Shown piece after piece: positions 62,339-64,000 of a DNA stretch of 64,000 nucleotides. The number at the start of each line of letters is the position of its first letter. The first letter of the stretch is position 1. Below the pieces are notes generated by a model, which had not been told where the DNA came from, searched no databases, and was given only the letters and a program-made list of their open reading frames with translations. Both the position numbers and the translations under genes were made by a program. Source of the stretch: Pocillopora verrucosa (taxonomy: Eukaryota); NCBI RefSeq assembly GCF_036669915.1, contig NC_089312.1, positions 187,991 to 251,990 of the forward strand, read 5' to 3'.

Positions 62339-62691
62339 AAAACATACGAATTTGCATCAAGAATTATCTGGAAAAAGCGTTCACCGCGAACACGAGTCAT
62401 TAAATTACCATGTATTTTGGTATCCGTAGTCCTTTTTTTCTGTTCTGGCAACGAAAATAGGACGTCTGCAAATGAAACAAAACATTCTGTTTAATTGCCG
62501 CTCTGAATTACTCACAAATCATTTCTTACGTAAATGAAAACAAAAAACAAAAAAACAACAACTAAGTTAGAAACCGTCTTTTGTAAAATATTCATAAAAA
62601 TAAATTATTCAAAACTACTCAGTGATTATTTAGCTTCTCATCAGGACTAACGAATAACAATTTTTTTTAGTCAAAGCGATTCTGAAATAAA

Positions 62692-63348
62692 TTAATCTAA
62701 AATTGAGACCTCTTCCATTTTCTCCAAGTCTAAGGCAGGTCTGTGTGAGTCGAAATCGTCTTCAATTCTTCTTTTTACACCACTTTTCCTGCGATCGAAA
62801 CAGGGTTGAGAACGGCTTCTGTGCAAACCTGACAGATTCGGTTTCCAGTTAAAGTTCAAGTCTCTATTCTCGTTAATCTTACTCCCAGTAGGATCAGATT
62901 TTGGACTTTCGTTTTTCATAAAAAGGTGTTTTTCCCCAAGGGTAGCATCTGCTGAAGCAGGTCTTGGTGTTGGCGAGGCAGGAGGTGTTGATATAGATTC
63001 CACTTCGTTGTTTATCCACAGCAGCTCGGCCAATTTAAATTTGTCGTCCGGGCATGATACCGATCGTGGTTTTTTCCCGCAGTTTTCTACAGGTTGCCAT
63101 ACCGCGGAAGCTCGCGGAGCCCACAACGATTGTACCTCTGTACTCCCCGGCAGCGACAGAGAAGAACATAATTTCTTATTTGCGGGTGGCTGAGTGGTAC
63201 TGTGCATAGCTGATGAATCGGTCACAGAGCAGTTATTGCAGTATGTTCGTCCGGGTCGATGAGAAGGATAACTTCGAGTCCTTGAATGACCAAATATCTG
63301 TCGTACATCTCTACGCAGACAGTGAGCGAGAGGACATTCTGAAAGCAA
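62692..63348 (-). CDS. Terminal coding exon (218 codons) of an unidentified minus-strand gene: Ser/Pro-rich, with a Cys/His cluster (ECPLAHCLRR) at its start.
   Basis: ORF 62692..63348 ends ...DLEKMEEVSILD, then TAA. The upstream ORF at 63649..63858 (...YKENCRSWPSCGETTMVTVITDKLKNQSLEDLPSDEPE) is probably an earlier exon of the same gene. Confidence 0.4.
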   Translation of the reverse strand: MLSECPLAHCLRRDVRQIFGHSRTRSYPSHRPGRTYCNNCSVTDSSAMHSTTQPPANKKLCSSLSLPGSTEVQSLWAPRASAVWQPVENCGKKPRSVSCPDDKFKLAELLWINNEVESISTPPASPTPRPASADATLGEKHLFMKNESPKSDPTGSKINENRDLNFNWKPNLSGLHRSRSQPCFDRRKSGVKRRIEDDFDSHRPALDLEKMEEVSILD

Positions 63349-63648
63349 AGTGAAATATTACATCGTGAACCATGTGTTTTGTAGCAGCTCATTCGAACAA
63401 AAACAATGCGTTGATGATTACATGCAAGTTTTTATTCAGCGAAATTTCCTAGCAAAGTTTATACAACTGCAGACAATTTCTCGCACCAATCAGAAGCGAA
63501 ACATCTAAAATGCAATTTACCTGAAACGTGGTTATTCCGGGAAGAGATGGCTCGGAGCTGTAATGCATTTATCTGAAAGCAAAGCAGCGAAGAGTAAACA
63601 TCATTGAAATTCGTGTCAACTCGCGATCGAATCAGAACGGAAAAGCTC

Positions 63649-63858
63649 CTACGACAGGTCTCTCGAATGAATATCAGTTAATTCAAATGTTACCTCGGGT
63701 TCATCGCTGGGGAGGTCCTCAAGCGATTGATTTTTTAGCTTGTCTGTTATGACAGTCACCATCGTGGTTTCCCCACATGAAGGCCACGATCTACAGTTCT
63801 CTTTGTATTGAATGACAGAATATAAATTTAATGAGTGACTGACGCGCGAGGCATTCAC
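63649..63858 (-). CDS. Candidate upstream exon of the same gene. Its boundaries are undetermined.
   Basis: An open frame with a Cys-rich segment, CRSWPSCGE; in AT-rich context this is suggestive of coding. Confidence 0.3.
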   Translation of the reverse strand: MNASRVSHSLNLYSVIQYKENCRSWPSCGETTMVTVITDKLKNQSLEDLPSDEPEVTFELTDIHSRDLS

Positions 63859-64000
63859 TCGAACTTGTCGACTGCCCTAAAAGAGAATTAAACCGGATAT
63901 CAGCCGTCACAAATATAAATTCGATAAATTTAAAAGAACATGAATAAGATTTACCGTAGATAGGTCGTTCCCGATCGCTGCTAAACTAACCTTTCTGAGC

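Noticed and set aside
1-64000. Prokaryotic-style features: operons, CRISPR arrays, defence islands, Shine-Dalgarno-led genes.
   Set aside because: The window has spliced genes with GT-AG introns, abundant microsatellites, AT-rich introns and eukaryote-specific protein families (YKT6, INPP5A, CHST). No direct-repeat and spacer architecture is present.

Overview
This window is eukaryotic nuclear DNA, most likely from an invertebrate metazoan, so there are no prokaryotic features and no CRISPR arrays or operons. It is about 62% AT, carries GT-AG spliced multi-exon genes and many microsatellites.

The genes I can identify by homology, in order along the window:
- Exon 1 of an MFSD10-like MFS transporter on the minus strand (1289..1498). 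It diverges from the next gene across a roughly 735 bp shared promoter region.
- A 16-exon type I inositol polyphosphate 5-phosphatase gene, INPP5A-like, on the plus strand (2234..10488).
- A lineage-specific cluster of three single-exon carbohydrate 6-O-sulfotransferase (CHST-like) genes. Copies A (13126..14376, minus) and B (20234..21490, minus) are tandem duplicates that share a near-identical 390 bp tract inside otherwise diverged sequence. Copy C (24581..25798, plus) is divergent and inverted.
- An uncharacterised coiled-coil gene of five exons on the plus strand (27336..29556).
- An eight-exon YKT6 longin-SNARE gene on the plus strand (31591..36683) ending in a CCSIQ prenylation box.

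The 3' half of the window (37..64 kb) carries minus-strand multi-exon genes that I could only partly delimit. One set of exons (about 41.6..44.3 kb) shows echoes of MOFRL-family glycerate kinase motifs. A second set (about 46.0..49.2 kb) encodes a protein I cannot identify. Two apparently terminal coding exons lie at 62003..62338 and 62692..63348, both on the minus strand.

Non-coding structure:
- A tandem repeat in INPP5A intron 9 that reiterates the 3' splice acceptor, with a SINE/MITE-like element of about 270 bp inserted into it and a second copy of that element at 11.5 kb.
- A 61 bp x3 tandem repeat, a (CT)16 microsatellite, a 40 bp inverted repeat and a G15 run between sulfotransferase copies A and B.
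- A 66 bp x3 tandem repeat at 26.8 kb.
- A near-perfect hairpin with arms of about 65 bp at 30376..30567.
- A GC-rich fragment that looks transposon-derived, flanked by matching (ATA)n arrays, at 30.8..31.3 kb.
- The 3' end of a CR1/L2-like LINE at 52.0 kb.
- Several promoter-like sites with YY1-type AAAATGGCG start motifs. One is a divergent pair around a perfect CRE (TGACGTCA) and a CCAAT box at 61.5 kb.

I see no self-contained novel 'system'. The most noteworthy biology is the sulfotransferase gene-family expansion with a gene-conversion tract, and the repeat-laden INPP5A intron.
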